Below, one piece after another: positions 50,701 to 64,000 of a stretch of DNA of 64,000 nt. The stretch lies in NCBI RefSeq assembly GCF_009914755.1, contig NC_060932.1, one strand, 5' to 3'. Origin of the DNA: the human T2T-CHM13v2.0 reference genome, Homo sapiens. The position numbers and the translations under genes were made by a program. Every line of letters begins with the position of its first letter. Positions within the stretch are counted from its first letter, which is position 1. A model generated the notes under the pieces. It was not told where the DNA came from. It searched no databases and was given only the letters and a program-made list of their open reading frames with translations.

Positions 50701-51677
50701 GGACTTGAACCTTTCGTTTCATGCAGTACTTCTGGAACACTCTTTTTGAAGATTCTGCATGCGGATATTTGGATAGCTTTGAGGATTTCGTTGGAAACGG
50801 GCTTACATGTAAAAATTAGACAGCAGCATTCTCAGAAACTTCTTTGTGGTGTCTGCATTCAAGTCACAGAATTGAACATCCCCTCACATAGAGCAGTTGT
50901 GCAGCACTCTATTTGTAGTATCTGGAAGTGGACATTTGGAGGGCTTTGTAGCCTATGTGGAAAAAGGAAATATCTTCCCATGAATGCGAGATAGAAGTAA
51001 TCTCAGAAACATGTTTATGCTGTATCTACTCAACTAACTGTGCTGAACATTTCTATTGATAGAGCAGTTTTGAGACACTCTTCTTTTGGAATCTGCAAGT
51101 GGATATTTGGATAGATTTGAGGATTTCGTTGGAAACGGGATTATATATAAAAAGTAGACAGCAGCATTCTCAGAAACTTCTTTGTGATGTTTGCATCCAG
51201 CTCTCAGAGTTGAACATTCCCTTTCATAGAGTAGGTTTGAAACCCTCTTTTTATAGTGTCTGGAAGCGGGCATTTGGAGCGCTTTCAGGCCTATGCTGAA
51301 AAAGGAAATATCTACCTATAGAAACTAGACAGAAGCATTCTGAGAATCACGTTTGTGATGTGGGTACTCAACTAACAGTGTTGATCCATTCTTTTGATAC
51401 AGCAGTTTTGAACCACACTTTTTGTAGAATCTGCAAGTGGATATTTGGATAGCTGTGAGGATTTCGTTGGAAACGGGAATGTCTTCATAGAAAATTTAGA
51501 CAGAAGCATTCTCAGAACCTTGATTGTGATGTGTGTTCTCCACTAACAGAGTTGAACCTTTCTTTTGACAGAACTGTTCTGAAACATTCTTTTTATAGAA
51601 TCTGGAAGTGGATATTTGGAAAGCTTTGAGGATTTCGTTGGAAACGGGAATATCTTCAAATCAAATCTAGCCAGAAG
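47773..51677 (+). repeat. 23-mer HOR variant (3905 bp) spanning the haplotype junction
   Basis: Marker spacing 47983->51888 = 3905. The first 8-mer carries central alleles and the second carries flank alleles. Confidence 0.92.
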
Positions 51678-54600
51678 CATTCTAAGAAACATCTTAGGGA
51701 TGTTTACATTCAAGTCACAGAGTTGAACATTCCCTTTCACAGAGCAGGTTTGAAACAATCTTCTCGTACTATCTGGCAGTGGACATTTTGAGCTCCTTGG
51801 GGCCTATGCTGAAAAAGGAAATATCTTCCGACAAAAACTAGACAGAAGCATTTGCAGAATCACGTTTGTGATGTGTGCACTCAACTGTCAGAATTGAACC
51901 TTGGTTTGGACAGAGCACTTTTGAAACACTCTTTTTGTAGAATCTGCAGGTGGATATTTGGCTAGCTTTGAGGATTTCGTTGGAAACGGTAATGTCTTCA
52001 AAGAAAATCTAGACAGAAGCATTCTCAGAAACACCTTCGTGATGTTTGCAATCAAGTCACAGAGTTGAACCTTCCGTTTCATAGAGCAGGTTGGAAACAC
52101 TCTTTTTGTAGTATCTGGAAGTGGACATTTGGAGGGCTTTGTAGCCTATGTGGAAAAAGGAAATATCTTCCCATGAATGCGAGATAGAAGTAATCTCAGA
52201 AACATGTTTATGCTGTATCTACTCAACTAACTGTGCTGAACATTTCTATTGATAGAGCAGTTTTGAGACACTCTTCTTTTGGAATCTGCAAGTGGATATT
52301 TGGAGAGATTTGAGGATTTCGTTGGAAACGGGATTATATATAAAAAGTAGACAGCAGCATTCTCAGAAACTTCTTTGTGATGTTTGCATCCAGCTCTCAG
52401 AGTTGAACATTCCCTTTCATAGAGTAGGTTTGAAACCCTCTTTTTATAGTGTCTGGAAGCGGGCATTTGGAGCGCTTTCAGACCTATGCTTAAAATAGGA
52501 AATATCTACCTACAGAAACTAGACAGAAGCATTCTGAGAATCTCGTTTGTGATGTGGGTACTCAACTAACAGTGTTGATCCATTCTTTTGATACAGCAGT
52601 TTTGAACCACACTTTTTGTAGAATCTGCAAGAGGATATTTGGATAGCTGTGAGGATTTCGTTGGAAACGGGAATGTCTTCAAAGAAAATCTAGACAGAAA
52701 CATTCTCAGAAACACCTTCGTGATGTTTGCAATCAAGTCACAGAGTTGAACCTTCCGTTTCATAGAGCAGGTTGGAAACACTCTTATTGTAGTATCTGGA
52801 AGTGGACATTTGGAGCGCTTTCAGGCCTATGGTGAAAAAGGAAATATCTTCCCATAAAAACGACATAGAAGCTATCTCAGGAACTTGTTTATGAGGCATC
52901 TAATCAACTAACAGTGTTGAACCTTTGTACTGACAGAGCAGTTTGAAACACTCTTTTTTTGGAATCTGCAAGTGGATATTTGGATCGCTTTGAGGATTTC
53001 GTTGGAAACGGGATGCAATATAAAACGTACACAGCAGCATACTCAGAAAATTCTTTGCCATATTTCCATTCAAGTCACAGAGTGGAACATTCCCATTCAT
53101 AGAGCAGGTTTGAAACACTCTTTTTGGAGTATCTGGAAGTGGACATTTGGAGCGCTTTCTGAACTATGGTGAAAAAGGAAATATCTTCCAATGAAAACAA
53201 GACAGAAGCATTCTGAGAAACTTATTTGTGATGTGTGTCCTCAACAAACGGACTTGAACCTTTCGTTTCATGCAGTACTTCTGGAACACTCTTTTTGAAG
53301 ATTCTGCATGCGGATATTTGGATAGCTTTGAGGATTTCGTTGGAAACGGGCTTACATGTAAAAATTAGACAGCAGCATTCTCAGAAACTTCTTTGTGGTG
53401 TCTGCATTCAAGTCACAGAATTGAACATCCCCTCACATAGAGCAGTTGTGCAGCACTCTATTTGTAGTATCTGGAAGTGGACATTTGGAGGGCTTTGTAG
53501 CCTATGTGGAAAAAGGAAATATCTTCCCATGAATGCGAGATAGAAGTAATCTCAGAAACATGTTTATGCTGTATCTACTCAACTAACTGTGCTGAACATT
53601 TCTATTGATAGAGCAGTTTTGAGACACTCTTCTTTTGGAATCTGCAAGTGGATATTTGGATAGATTTGAGGATTTCGTTGGAAACGGGATTATATATAAA
53701 AAGTAGACAGCAGCATTCTCAGAAACTTCTTTGTGATGTTTGCATCCAGCTCTCAGAGTTGAACATTCCCTTTCATAGAGTAGGTTTGAAACCCTCTTTT
53801 TATAGTGTCTGGAAGCGGGCATTTGGAGCGCTTTCAGGCCTATGCTGAAAAAGGAAATATCTACCTATAGAAACTAGACAGAAGCATTCTGAGAATCACG
53901 TTTGTGATGTGGGTACTCAACTAACAGTGTTGATCCATTCTTTTGATACAGCAGTTTTGAACCACACTTTTTGTAGAATCTGCAAGTGGATATTTGGATA
54001 GCTGTGAGGATTTCGTTGGAAACGGGAATGTCTTCATAGAAAATTTAGACAGAAGCATTCTCAGAACCTTGATTGTGATGTGTGTTCTCCACTAACAGAG
54101 TTGAACCTTTCTTTTGACAGAACTGTTCTGAAACATTCTTTTTATAGAATCTGGAAGTGGATATTTGGAAAGCTTTGAGGATTTCGTTGGAAACGGGAAT
54201 ATCTTCAAATCAAATCTAGCCAGAAGCATTCTAAGAAACATCTTAGGGATGTTTACATTCAAGTCACAGAGTTGAACATTCCCTTTCACAGAGCAGGTTT
54301 GAAACAATCTTCTCGTACTATCTGGCAGTGGACATTTTGAGCTCCTTGGGGCCTATGCTGAAAAAGGAAATATCTTCCGACAAAAACTAGACAGAAGCAT
54401 TCGCAGAATCACGTTTGTGATGTGTGCACTCAACTGTCAGAATTGAACCTTGGTTTGGACAGAGCACTTTTGAAACACTCTTTTTGTAGAATCTGCAGGT
54501 GGATATTTGGCTAGCTTTGAGGATTTCGTTGGAAACGGTAATGTCTTCAAAGAAAATCTAGACAGAAGCATTCTCAGAAACACCTTCGTGATGTTTGCAA

Positions 54601-57600
54601 TCAAGTCACAGAGTTGAACCTTCCGTTTCATAGAGCAGGTTGGAAACACTCTTTTTGTAGTATCTGGAAGTGGACATTTGAAGGGCTTTGTAGCCTATGT
54701 GGAAAAAGGAAATATCTTCCCATGAATGCGAGATAGAAGTAATCTCAGAAACATGTTTATGCTGTATCTACTCAACTAACTGTGCTGAACATTTCTATTG
54801 ATAGAGCAGTTTTGAGACACTCTTCTTTTGGAATCTGCAAGTGGATATTTGGAGAGATTTGAGGATTTCGTTGGAAACGGGATTATATATAAAAAGTAGA
54901 CAGCAGCATTCTCAGAAACTTCTTTGTGATGTTTGCATCCAGCTCTCAGAGTTGAACATTCCCTTTCATAGAGTAGGTTTGAAACCCTCTTTTTATAGTG
55001 TCTGGAAGCGGGCATTTGGAGCGCTTTCAGGCCTATGCTTAAAATAGGAAATATCTACCTACAGAAACTAGACAGAAGCATTCTGAGAATCTCGTTTGTG
55101 ATGTGGGTACTCAACTAACAGTGTTGATCCATTCTTTTGATACAGCAGTTTTGAACCACACTTTTTGTAGAATCTGCAAGAGGATATTTGGATAGCTGTG
55201 AGGATTTCGTTGGAAACGGGAATGTCTTCAAAGAAAATCTAGACAGAAACATTCTCAGAAACACCTTCGTGATGTTTGCAATCAAGTCACAGAGTTGAAC
55301 CTTCCGTTTCATAGAGCAGGTTGGAAACACTCTTATTGTAGTATCTGGAAGTGGACATTTGGAGCGCTTTCAGGCCTATGGTGAAAAAGGAAATATCTTC
55401 CCATAAAAACGACATAGAAGCTATCTCAGGAACTTGTTTATGAGGCATCTAATCAACTAACAGTGTTGAACCTTTGTACTGACAGAGCAGTTTGAAACAC
55501 TCTTTTTTTGGAATCTGCAAGTGGATATTTGGATCGCTTTGAGGATTTCGTTGGAAACGGGATGCAATATAAAACGTACACAGCAGCATACTCAGAAAAT
55601 ACTTTGCCATATTTCCATTCAAGTCACAGAGTGGAACATTCCCATTCATAGAGCAGGTTGGAAACACTCTTTTTGGAGTATCTGGAAGTGGACATTTGGA
55701 GCGCTTTCTGAACTATGGTGAAAAAGGAAATATCTTCCAATGAAAACAAGACAGAAGCATTCTGAGAAACTTATTTGTGATGTGTGTCCTCAACAAACGG
55801 ACTTGAACCTTTCGTTTCATGCAGTACTTCTGGAACACTCTTTTTGAAGATTCTGCATGCGGATATTTGGATAGCTTTGAGGATTTCGTTGGAAACGGGC
55901 TTACATGTAAAAATTAGACAGCAGCATTCTCAGAAACTTCTTTGTGGTGTCTGCATTCAAGTCACAGAATTGAACATCCCCTCACATAGAGCAGTTGTGC
56001 AGCACTCTATTTGTAGTATCTGGAAGTGGACATTTGGAGGGCTTTGTAGCCTATGTGGAAAAAGGAAATATCTTCCCATGAATGCGAGATAGAAGTAATC
56101 TCAGAAACATGTTTATGCTGTATCTACTCAACTAACTGTGCTGAACATTTCTATTGATAGAGCAGTTTTGAGACACTCTTCTTTTGGAATCTGCAAGTGG
56201 ATATTTGGATAGATTTGAGGATTTCGTTGGAAACGGGATTATATATAAAAAGTAGACAGCAGCATTCTCAGAAACTTCTTTGTGATGTTTGCATCCAGCT
56301 CTCAGAGTTGAACATTCCCTTTCATAGAGTAGGTTTGAAACCCTCTTTTTATAGTGTCTGGAAGCGGGCATTTGGAGCGCTTTCAGGCCTATGCTGAAAA
56401 AGGAAATATCTACCTATAGAAACTAGACAGAAGCATTCTGAGAATCACGTTTGTGATGTGGGTACTCAACTAACAGTGTTGATCCATTCTTTTGATACAG
56501 CAGTTTTGAACCACACTTTTTGTAGAATCTGCAAGTGGATATTTGGATAGCTGTGAGGATTTCGTTGGAAACGGGAATGTCTTCATAGAAAATTTAGACA
56601 GAAGCATTCTCAGAACCTTGATTGTGATGTGTGTTCTCCACTAACAGAGTTGAACCTTTCTTTTGACAGAACTGTTCTGAAACATTCTTTTTATAGAATC
56701 TGGAAGTGGATATTTGGAAAGCTTTGAGGATTTCGTTGGAAACGGGAATATCTTCAAATCAAATCTAGCCAGAAGCATTCTAAGAAACATCTTAGGGATG
56801 TTTACATTCAAGTCACAGAGTTGAACATTCCCTTTCACAGAGCAGGTTTGAAACAATCTTCTCGTACTATCTGGCAGTGGACATTTTGAGCTCCTTGGGG
56901 CCTATGCTGAAAAAGGAAATATCTTCCGACAAAAACTAGACAGAAGCATTCGCAGAATCACGTTTGTGATGTGTGCACTCAACTGTCAGAATTGAACCTT
57001 GGTTTGGACAGAGCACTTTTGAAACACTCTTTTTGTAGAATCTGCAGGTGGATATTTGGCTAGCTTTGAGGATTTCGTTGGAAACGGTAATGTCTTCAAA
57101 GAAAATCTAGACAGAAGCATTCTCAGAAACACCTTCGTGATGTTTGCAATCAAGTCACAGAGTTGAACCTTCCGTTTCATAGAGCAGGTTGGAAACACTC
57201 TTTTTGTAGTATCTGGAAGTGGACATTTGGAGGGCTTTGTAGCCTATGTGGAAAAAGGAAATATCTTCCCATGAATGCGAGATAGAAGTAATCTCAGAAA
57301 CATGTTTATGCTGTATCTACTCAACTAACTGTGCTGAACATTTCTATTGATAGAGCAGTTTTGAGACACTCTTCTTTTGGAATCTGCAAGTGGATATTTG
57401 GATAGATTTGAGGATTTCGTTGGAAACGGGATTATATATAAAAAGTAGACAGCAGCATTCTCAGAAACTTCTTTGTGATGTTTGCATCCAGCTCTCAGAG
57501 TTGAACATTCCCTTTCATAGAGTAGGTTTGAAACCCTCTTTTTATAGTGTCCGGAAGCGGGCATTTGGAGCGCTTTCAGACCTATGCTTAAAATAGGAAA

Positions 57601-60600
57601 TATCTACCTACAGAAACTAGACAGAAGCATTCTGAGAATCTCGTTTGTGATGTGGGTACTCAACTAACAGTGTTGATCCATTCTTTTGATACAGCAGTTT
57701 TGAACCACACTTTTTGTAGAATCTGCAAGAGGATATTTGGATAGCTGTGAGGATTTCGTTGGAAACGGGAATGTCTTCAAAGAAAATCTAGACAGAAACA
57801 TTCTCAGAAACACCTTCGTGATGTTTGCAATCAAGTCGCAGAGTTGAACCTTCCGTTTCATAGAGCAGGTTGGAAACACTCTCATTGTAGTATCTGGAAG
57901 TGGACATTTGGAGCGCTTTCAGGCCTATGGTGAAAAAGGAAATATCTTCCCATAAAAACGACATAGAAGCTATCTCAGGAACTTGTTTATGAGGCATCTA
58001 ATCAACTAACAGTGTTGAACCTTTGTACTGACAGAGCAGTTTGAAACACTCTTTTTTTGGAATCTGCAAGTGGATATTTGGATCGCTTTGAGGATTTCGT
58101 TGGAAACGGGATGCAATATAAAACGTACACAGCAGCATACTCAGAAAATTCTTTGCCATATTTACATTCAAGTCACAGAGTGGAACATTCCCATTCATAG
58201 AGCAGGTTGGAAACACTCTTTTTGGAGTATCTGGAAGTGGACATTTGGAGCGCTTTCTGAACTATGGTGAAAAAGGAAATATCTTCCAATGAAAACAAGA
58301 CAGAAGCATTCTGAGAAACTTATTTGTGATGTGTGTCCTCAACAAACGGACTTGAACCTTTCGTTTCATGCAGTACTTCTGGAACACTCTTTTTGAAGAT
58401 TCTGCATGCGGATATTTGGATAGCTTTGAGGATTTCGTTGGAAACGGGCTTACATGTAAAAATTAGACAGCAGCATTCTCAGAAACTTCTTTGTGGTGTC
58501 TGCATTCAAGTCACAGAATTGAACATCCCCTCACATAGAGCAGTTGTGCAGCACTCTATTTGTAGTATCTGGAAGTGGACATTTGGAGGGCTTTGTAGCC
58601 TATGTGGAAAAAGGAAATATCTTCCCATGAATGCGAGATAGAAGTAATCTCAGAAACATGTTTATGCTGTATCTACTCAACTAACTGTGCTGAACATTTC
58701 TATTGATAGAGCAGTTTTGAGACACTCTTCTTTTGGAATCTGCAAGTGGATATTTGGATAGATTTGAGGATTTCGTTGGAAACGGGATTATATATAAAAA
58801 GTAGACAGCAGCATTCTCAGAAACTTCTTTGTGATGTTTGCATCCAGCTCTCAGAGTTGAACATTCCCTTTCATAGAGTAGGTTTGAAACCCTCTTTTTA
58901 TAGTGTCTGGAAGCGGGCATTTGGAGCGCTTTCAGGCCTATGCTGAAAAAGGAAATATCTACCTATAGAAACTAGACAGAAGCATTCTGAGAATCACGTT
59001 TGTGATGTGGGTACTCAACTAACAGTGTTGATCCATTCTTTTGATACAGCAGTTTTGAACCACACTTTTTGTAGAATCTGCAAGTGGATATTTGGATAGC
59101 TGTGAGGATTTCGTTGGAAACGGGAATGTCTTCATAGAAAATTTAGACAGAAGCATTCTCAGAACCTTGATTGTGATGTGTGTTCTCCACTAACAGAGTT
59201 GAACCTTTCTTTTGACAGAACTGTTCTGAAACATTCTTTTTATAGAATCTGGAAGTGGATATTTGGAAAGCTTTGAGGATTTCGTTGGAAACGGGAATAT
59301 CTTCAAATCAAATCTAGCCAGAAGCATTCTAAGAAACATCTTAGGGATGTTTACATTCAAGTCACAGAGTTGAACATTCCCTTTCACAGAGCAGGTTTGA
59401 AACAATCTTCTCGTACTATCTGGCAGTGGACATTTTGAGCTCCTTGGGGCCTATGCTGAAAAAGGAAATATCTTCCGACAAAAACTAGACAGAAGCATTC
59501 GCAGAATCACGTTTGTGATGTGTGCACTCAACTGTCAGAATTGAACCTTGGTTTGGACAGAGCACTTTTGAAACACTCTTTTTGTAGAATCTGCAGGTGG
59601 ATATTTGGCTAGCTTTGAGGATTTCGTTGGAAACGGTAATGTCTTCAAAGAAAATCTAGACAGAAGCATTCTCAGAAACAACTTCGTGATGTTTGCAATC
59701 AAGTCACAGAGTTGAACCTTCCGTTTCATAGAGCAGGTTGGAAACACTCTTTTTGTAGTATCTGGAAGTGGACATTTGGAGGGCTTTGTAGCCTATGTGG
59801 AAAAAGGAAATATCTTCCCATGAATGCGAGATAGAAGTAATCTCAGAAACATGTTTATGCTGTATCTACTCAACTAACTGTGCTGAACATTTCTATTGAT
59901 AGAGCAGTTTTGAGACACTCTTCTTTTGGAATCTGCAAGTGGATATTTGGAGAGATTTGAGGATTTCGTTGGAAACGGGATTATATATAAAAAGTAGACA
60001 GCAGCATTCTCAGAAACTTCTTTGTGATGTTTGCATCCAGCTCTCAGAGTTGAACATTCCCTTTCATAGAGTAGGTTTGAAACCCTCTTTTTATAGTGTC
60101 TGGAAGCGGGCATTTGGAGCGCTTTCAGGCCTATGCTTAAAATAGGAAATATCTACCTACAGAAACTAGACAGAAGCATTCTGAGAATCTCGTTTGTGAT
60201 GTGGGTACTCAACTAACAGTGTTGATCCATTCTTTTGATACAGCAGTTTTGAACCACACTTTTTGTAGAATCTGCAAGAGGATATTTGGATAGCTGTGAG
60301 GATTTCGTTGGAAACGGGAATGTCTTCAAAGAAAATCTAGACAGAAACATTCTCAGAAACACCTTCGTGATGTTTGCAATCAAGTCGCAGAGTTGAACCT
60401 TCCGTTTCATAGAGCAGGTTGGAAACACTCTCATTGTAGTATCTGGAAGTGGACATTTGGAGCGCTTTCAGGCCTATGGTGAAAAAGGAAATATCTTCCC
60501 ATAAAAACGACATAGAAGCTATCTCAGGAACTTGTTTATGAGGCATCTAATCAACTAACAGTGTTGAACCTTTGTACTGACAGAGCAGTTTGAAACACTC

Positions 60601-63600
60601 TTTTTTTGGAATCTGCAAGTGGATATTTGGATCGCTTTGAGGATTTCGTTGGAAACGGGATGCAATATAAAACGTACACAGCAGCATACTCAGAAAATTC
60701 TTTGCCATATTTACATTCAAGTCACAGAGTGGAACATTCCCATTCATAGAGCAGGTTGGAAACACTCTTTTTGGAGTATCTGGAAGTGGACATTTGGAGC
60801 GCTTTCTGAACTATGGTGAAAAAGGAAATATCTTCCAATGAAAACAAGACAGAAGCATTCTGAGAAACTTATTTGTGATGTGTGTCCTCAACAAACGGAC
60901 TTGAACCTTTCGTTTCATGCAGTACTTCTGGAACACTCTTTTTGAAGATTCTGCATGCGGATATTTGGATAGCTTTGAGGATTTCGTTGGAAACGGGCTT
61001 ACATGTAAAAATTAGACAGCAGCATTCTCAGAAACTTCTTTGTGGTGTCTGCATTCAAGTCACAGAATTGAACATCCCCTCACATAGAGCAGTTGTGCAG
61101 CACTCTATTTGTAGTATCTGGAAGTGGACATTTGGAGGGCTTTGTAGCCTATGTGGAAAAAGGAAATATCTTCCCATGAATGCGAGATAGAAGTAATCTC
61201 AGAAACATGTTTATGCTGTATCTACTCAACTAACTGTGCTGAACATTTCTATTGATAGAGCAGTTTTGAGACACTCTTCTTTTGGAATCTGCAAGTGGAT
61301 ATTTGGATAGATTTGAGGATTTCGTTGGAAACGGGATTATATATAAAAAGTAGACAGCAGCATTCTCAGAAACTTCTTTGTGATGTTTGCATCCAGCTCT
61401 CAGAGTTGAACATTCCCTTTCATAGAGTAGGTTTGAAACCCTCTTTTTATAGTGTCTGGAAGCGGGCATTTGGAGCGCTTTCAGGCCTATGCTGAAAAAG
61501 GAAATATCTACCTATAGAAACTAGACAGAAGCATTCTGAGAATCACGTTTGTGATGTGGGTACTCAACTAACAGTGTTGATCCATTCTTTTGATACAGCA
61601 GTTTTGAACCACACTTTTTGTAGAATCTGCAAGTGGATATTTGGATAGCTGTGAGGATTTCGTTGGAAACGGGAATGTCTTCATAGAAAATTTAGACAGA
61701 AGCATTCTCAGAACCTTGATTGTGATGTGTGTTCTCCACTAACAGAGTTGAACCTTTCTTTTGACAGAACTGTTCTGAAACATTCTTTTTATAGAATCTG
61801 GAAGTGGATATTTGGAAAGCTTTGAGGATTTCGTTGGAAACGGGAATATCTTCAAATCAAATCTAGCCAGAAGCATTCTAAGAAACATCTTAGGGATGTT
61901 TACATTCAAGTCACAGAGTTGAACATTCCCTTTCACAGAGCAGGTTTGAAACAATCTTCTCGTACTATCTGGCAGTGGACATTTTGAGCTCCTTGGGGCC
62001 TATGCTGAAAAAGGAAATATCTTCCGACAAAAACTAGACAGAAGCATTCGCAGAATCACGTTTGTGATGTGTGCACTCAACTGTCAGAATTGAACCTTGG
62101 TTTGGACAGAGCACTTTTGAAACACTCTTTTTGTAGAATCTGCAGGTGGATATTTGGCTAGCTTTGAGGATTTCGTTGGAAACGGTAATGTCTTCAAAGA
62201 AAATCTAGACAGAAGCATTCTCAGAAACAACTTCGTGATGTTTGCAATCAAGTCACAGAGTTGAACCTTCCGTTTCATAGAGCAGGTTGGAAACACTCTT
62301 TTTGTAGTATCTGGAAGTGGACATTTGGAGGGCTTTGTAGCCTATGTGGAAAAAGGAAATATCTTCCCATGAATGCGAGATAGAAGTAATCTCAGAAACA
62401 TGTTTATGCTGTATCTACTCAACTAACTGTGCTGAACATTTCTATTGATAGAGCAGTTTTGAGACACTCTTCTTTTGGAATCTGCAAGTGGATATTTGGA
62501 GAGATTTGAGGATTTCGTTGGAAACGGGATTATATATAAAAAGTAGACAGCAGCATTCTCAGAAACTTCTTTGTGATGTTTGCATCCAGCTCTCAGAGTT
62601 GAACATTCCCTTTCATAGAGTAGGTTTGAAACCCTCTTTTTATAGTGTCTGGAAGCGGGCATTTGGAGCGCTTTCAGGCCTATGCTTAAAATAGGAAATA
62701 TCTACCTACAGAAACTAGACAGAAGCATTCTGAGAATCTCGTTTGTGATGTGGGTACTCAACTAACAGTGTTGATCCATTCTTTTGATACAGCAGTTTTG
62801 AACCACACTTTTTGTAGAATCTGCAAGAGGATATTTGGATAGCTGTGAGGATTTCGTTGGAAACGGGAATGTCTTCAAAGAAAATCTAGACAGAAACATT
62901 CTCAGAAACACCTTCGTGATGTTTGCAATCAAGTCACAGAGTTGAACCTTCCGTTTCATAGAGCAGGTTGGAAACACTCTTATTGTAGTATCTGGAAGTG
63001 GACATTTGGAGCGCTTTCAGGCCTATGGTGAAAAAGGAAATATCTTCCCATAAAAACAACATAGAAGCTATCTCAGGAACTTGTTTATGAGGCATCTAAT
63101 CAACTAACAGTGTTGAACCTTTGTACTGACAGAGCAGTTTGAAACACTCTTTTTTTGGAATCTGCAAGTGGATATTTGGATCGCTTTGAGGATTTCGTTG
63201 GAAACGGGATGCAATATAAAACGTACACAGCAGCATACTCAGAAAATTCTTTGCCATATTTCCATTCAAGTCACAGAGTGGAACATTCCCATTCATAGAG
63301 CAGGTTGGAAACACTCTTTTTGGAGTATCTGGAAGTGGACATTTGGAGCGCTTTCTGAACTATGGTGAAAAAGGAAATATCTTCCAATGAAAACAAGACA
63401 GAAGCATTCTGAGAAACTTATTTGTGATGTGTGTCCTCAACAAACGGACTTGAACCTTTCGTTTCATGCAGTACTTCTGGAACACTCTTTTTGAAGATTC
63501 TGCATGCGGATATTTGGATAGCTTTGAGGATTTCGTTGGAAACGGGCTTACATGTAAAAATTAGACAGCAGCATTCTCAGAAACTTCTTTGTGGTGTCTG

Positions 63601-64000
63601 CATTCAAGTCACAGAATTGAACATCCCCTCACATAGAGCAGTTGTGCAGCACTCTATTTGTAGTATCTGGAAGTGGACATTTGGAGGGCTTTGTAGCCTA
63701 TCTGGAAAAAGGAAATATCTTCCCATGAATGCGAGATAGAAGTAATCTCAGAAACATGTTTATGCTGTATCTACTCAACTAACTGTGCTGAACATTTCTA
63801 TTGATAGAGCAGTTTTGAGACACTCTTCTTTTGGAATCTGCAAGTGGATATTTGGATAGATTTGAGGATTTCGTTGGAAACGGGATTATATATAAAAAGT
63901 AGACAGCAGCATTCTCAGAAACTTCTTTGTGATGTTTGCATCCAGCTCTCAGAGTTGAACATTCCCTTTCATAGAGTAGGTTTGAAACCCTCTTTTTATA
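51678..64000 (+). repeat. Four 15-mer HORs plus a partial unit (flank haplotype)
   Basis: Starts 51678, 54227, 56776, 59325, 61874 (truncated by the window end). Spacing is 2549. Confidence 0.95.

Larger units (their letters stand above)
1..64000 (+). repeat. Alpha satellite higher-order repeat array (human centromeric, SF2-type dimeric)
   Basis: Seen: head-to-tail 166-172 bp monomers with alphoid motifs (cattctcagaaac, gagttgaac, ggaaatatctt, tagacagaag). CENP-B-box and pJ-alpha-box monomers alternate, and higher-order units are near-identical. No interruption or strand switch seen. Confidence 0.99.
1..64000 (+). other. D8Z2: Likely chromosome 8 active centromeric array D8Z2 (S2C8H1L)
   Basis: Seen: unit arithmetic gives 4-, 7-, 8-, 11- and 15-mer lengths (681/1193/1356/1868/2549 bp). 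Established knowledge, recalled and not verified here: D8Z2 is described as a ~2.5-kb 15-mer with 4/7/8/11-mer variants, and aactgtgctgaacatttctattgatag (600-626) matches a chr8-specific alphoid oligo. Needs HMM or BLAST confirmation. Confidence 0.85.

Noticed and set aside
21623-63058. Shared aaaacAac variant at 21623 and 63058 as evidence of long-range duplication
   Set aside because: It is a CpG>CpA transition that can recur independently, and the neighbouring marker differs (gacc at 21243 vs ggcc at ~62678).
259-63739. Many 62-102 aa ORFs on both strands
   Set aside because: They recur with HOR periodicity, overlap on opposite strands, often begin at non-ATG codons and are freely broken by SNVs and indels. 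They are chance translations of alpha satellite with no gene structure.
1-64000. CRISPR-like pattern of a conserved motif (gaggatttcgttggaaacggg) with intervening sequence
   Set aside because: The motif is the CENP-B box region. The intervening sequences are homologous ~150-320 bp repeats rather than unique spacers, and there are no cas genes.
1-64000. Transposon insertion, inversion or unique-sequence island
   Set aside because: All unit spacings equal 2549 + n x 1356 (minus 1 in three cases), leaving no room for an insertion. All CENP-B boxes are on the + strand.
1-64000. Assignment to other SF2 arrays (chr 9, 13/21, 14/22, 15, 18, 20)
   Set aside because: The combined 4/7/8/11/15-mer arithmetic and the recalled chr8-specific oligo fit D8Z2 best. 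The alternatives are not formally excluded without an HMM or BLAST search.
1-64000. A novel protein-based biological system
   Set aside because: No coding or structured-RNA signal beyond the satellite. Any novelty is limited to repeat architecture and haplotype structure.

Overview
The whole 64 kb is one uninterrupted, single-orientation array of human centromeric alpha satellite: about 376 monomers of 166-172 bp with CENP-B boxes in roughly every second monomer (suprachromosomal family 2 type). It is most likely the chromosome 8 D8Z2 array. I found no genes, RNA genes, transposons or CRISPR, and all listed ORFs are repeat artefacts. I did not find a novel protein-coding system; the interest is architectural. 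The basic unit is a 2549-bp 15-mer (monomers a b c d e f g h i j k d e' f' o, my labels). It derives from an 1868-bp 11-mer through two hybrid monomers and reads as 7-mer (1193) + 8-mer (1356) or as 11-mer (1868) + 4-mer (681). Order along the window: 9x15-mer, 23-mer, 3x31-mer (a 5261-bp super-HOR), 2x15-mer, 23-mer, 4x15-mer, then a partial unit. The central ~26 kb is a distinct SNV haplotype block with extra CENP-B box losses, embedded between two closely related flanks. Variants were read by eye, so the lists may be incomplete.
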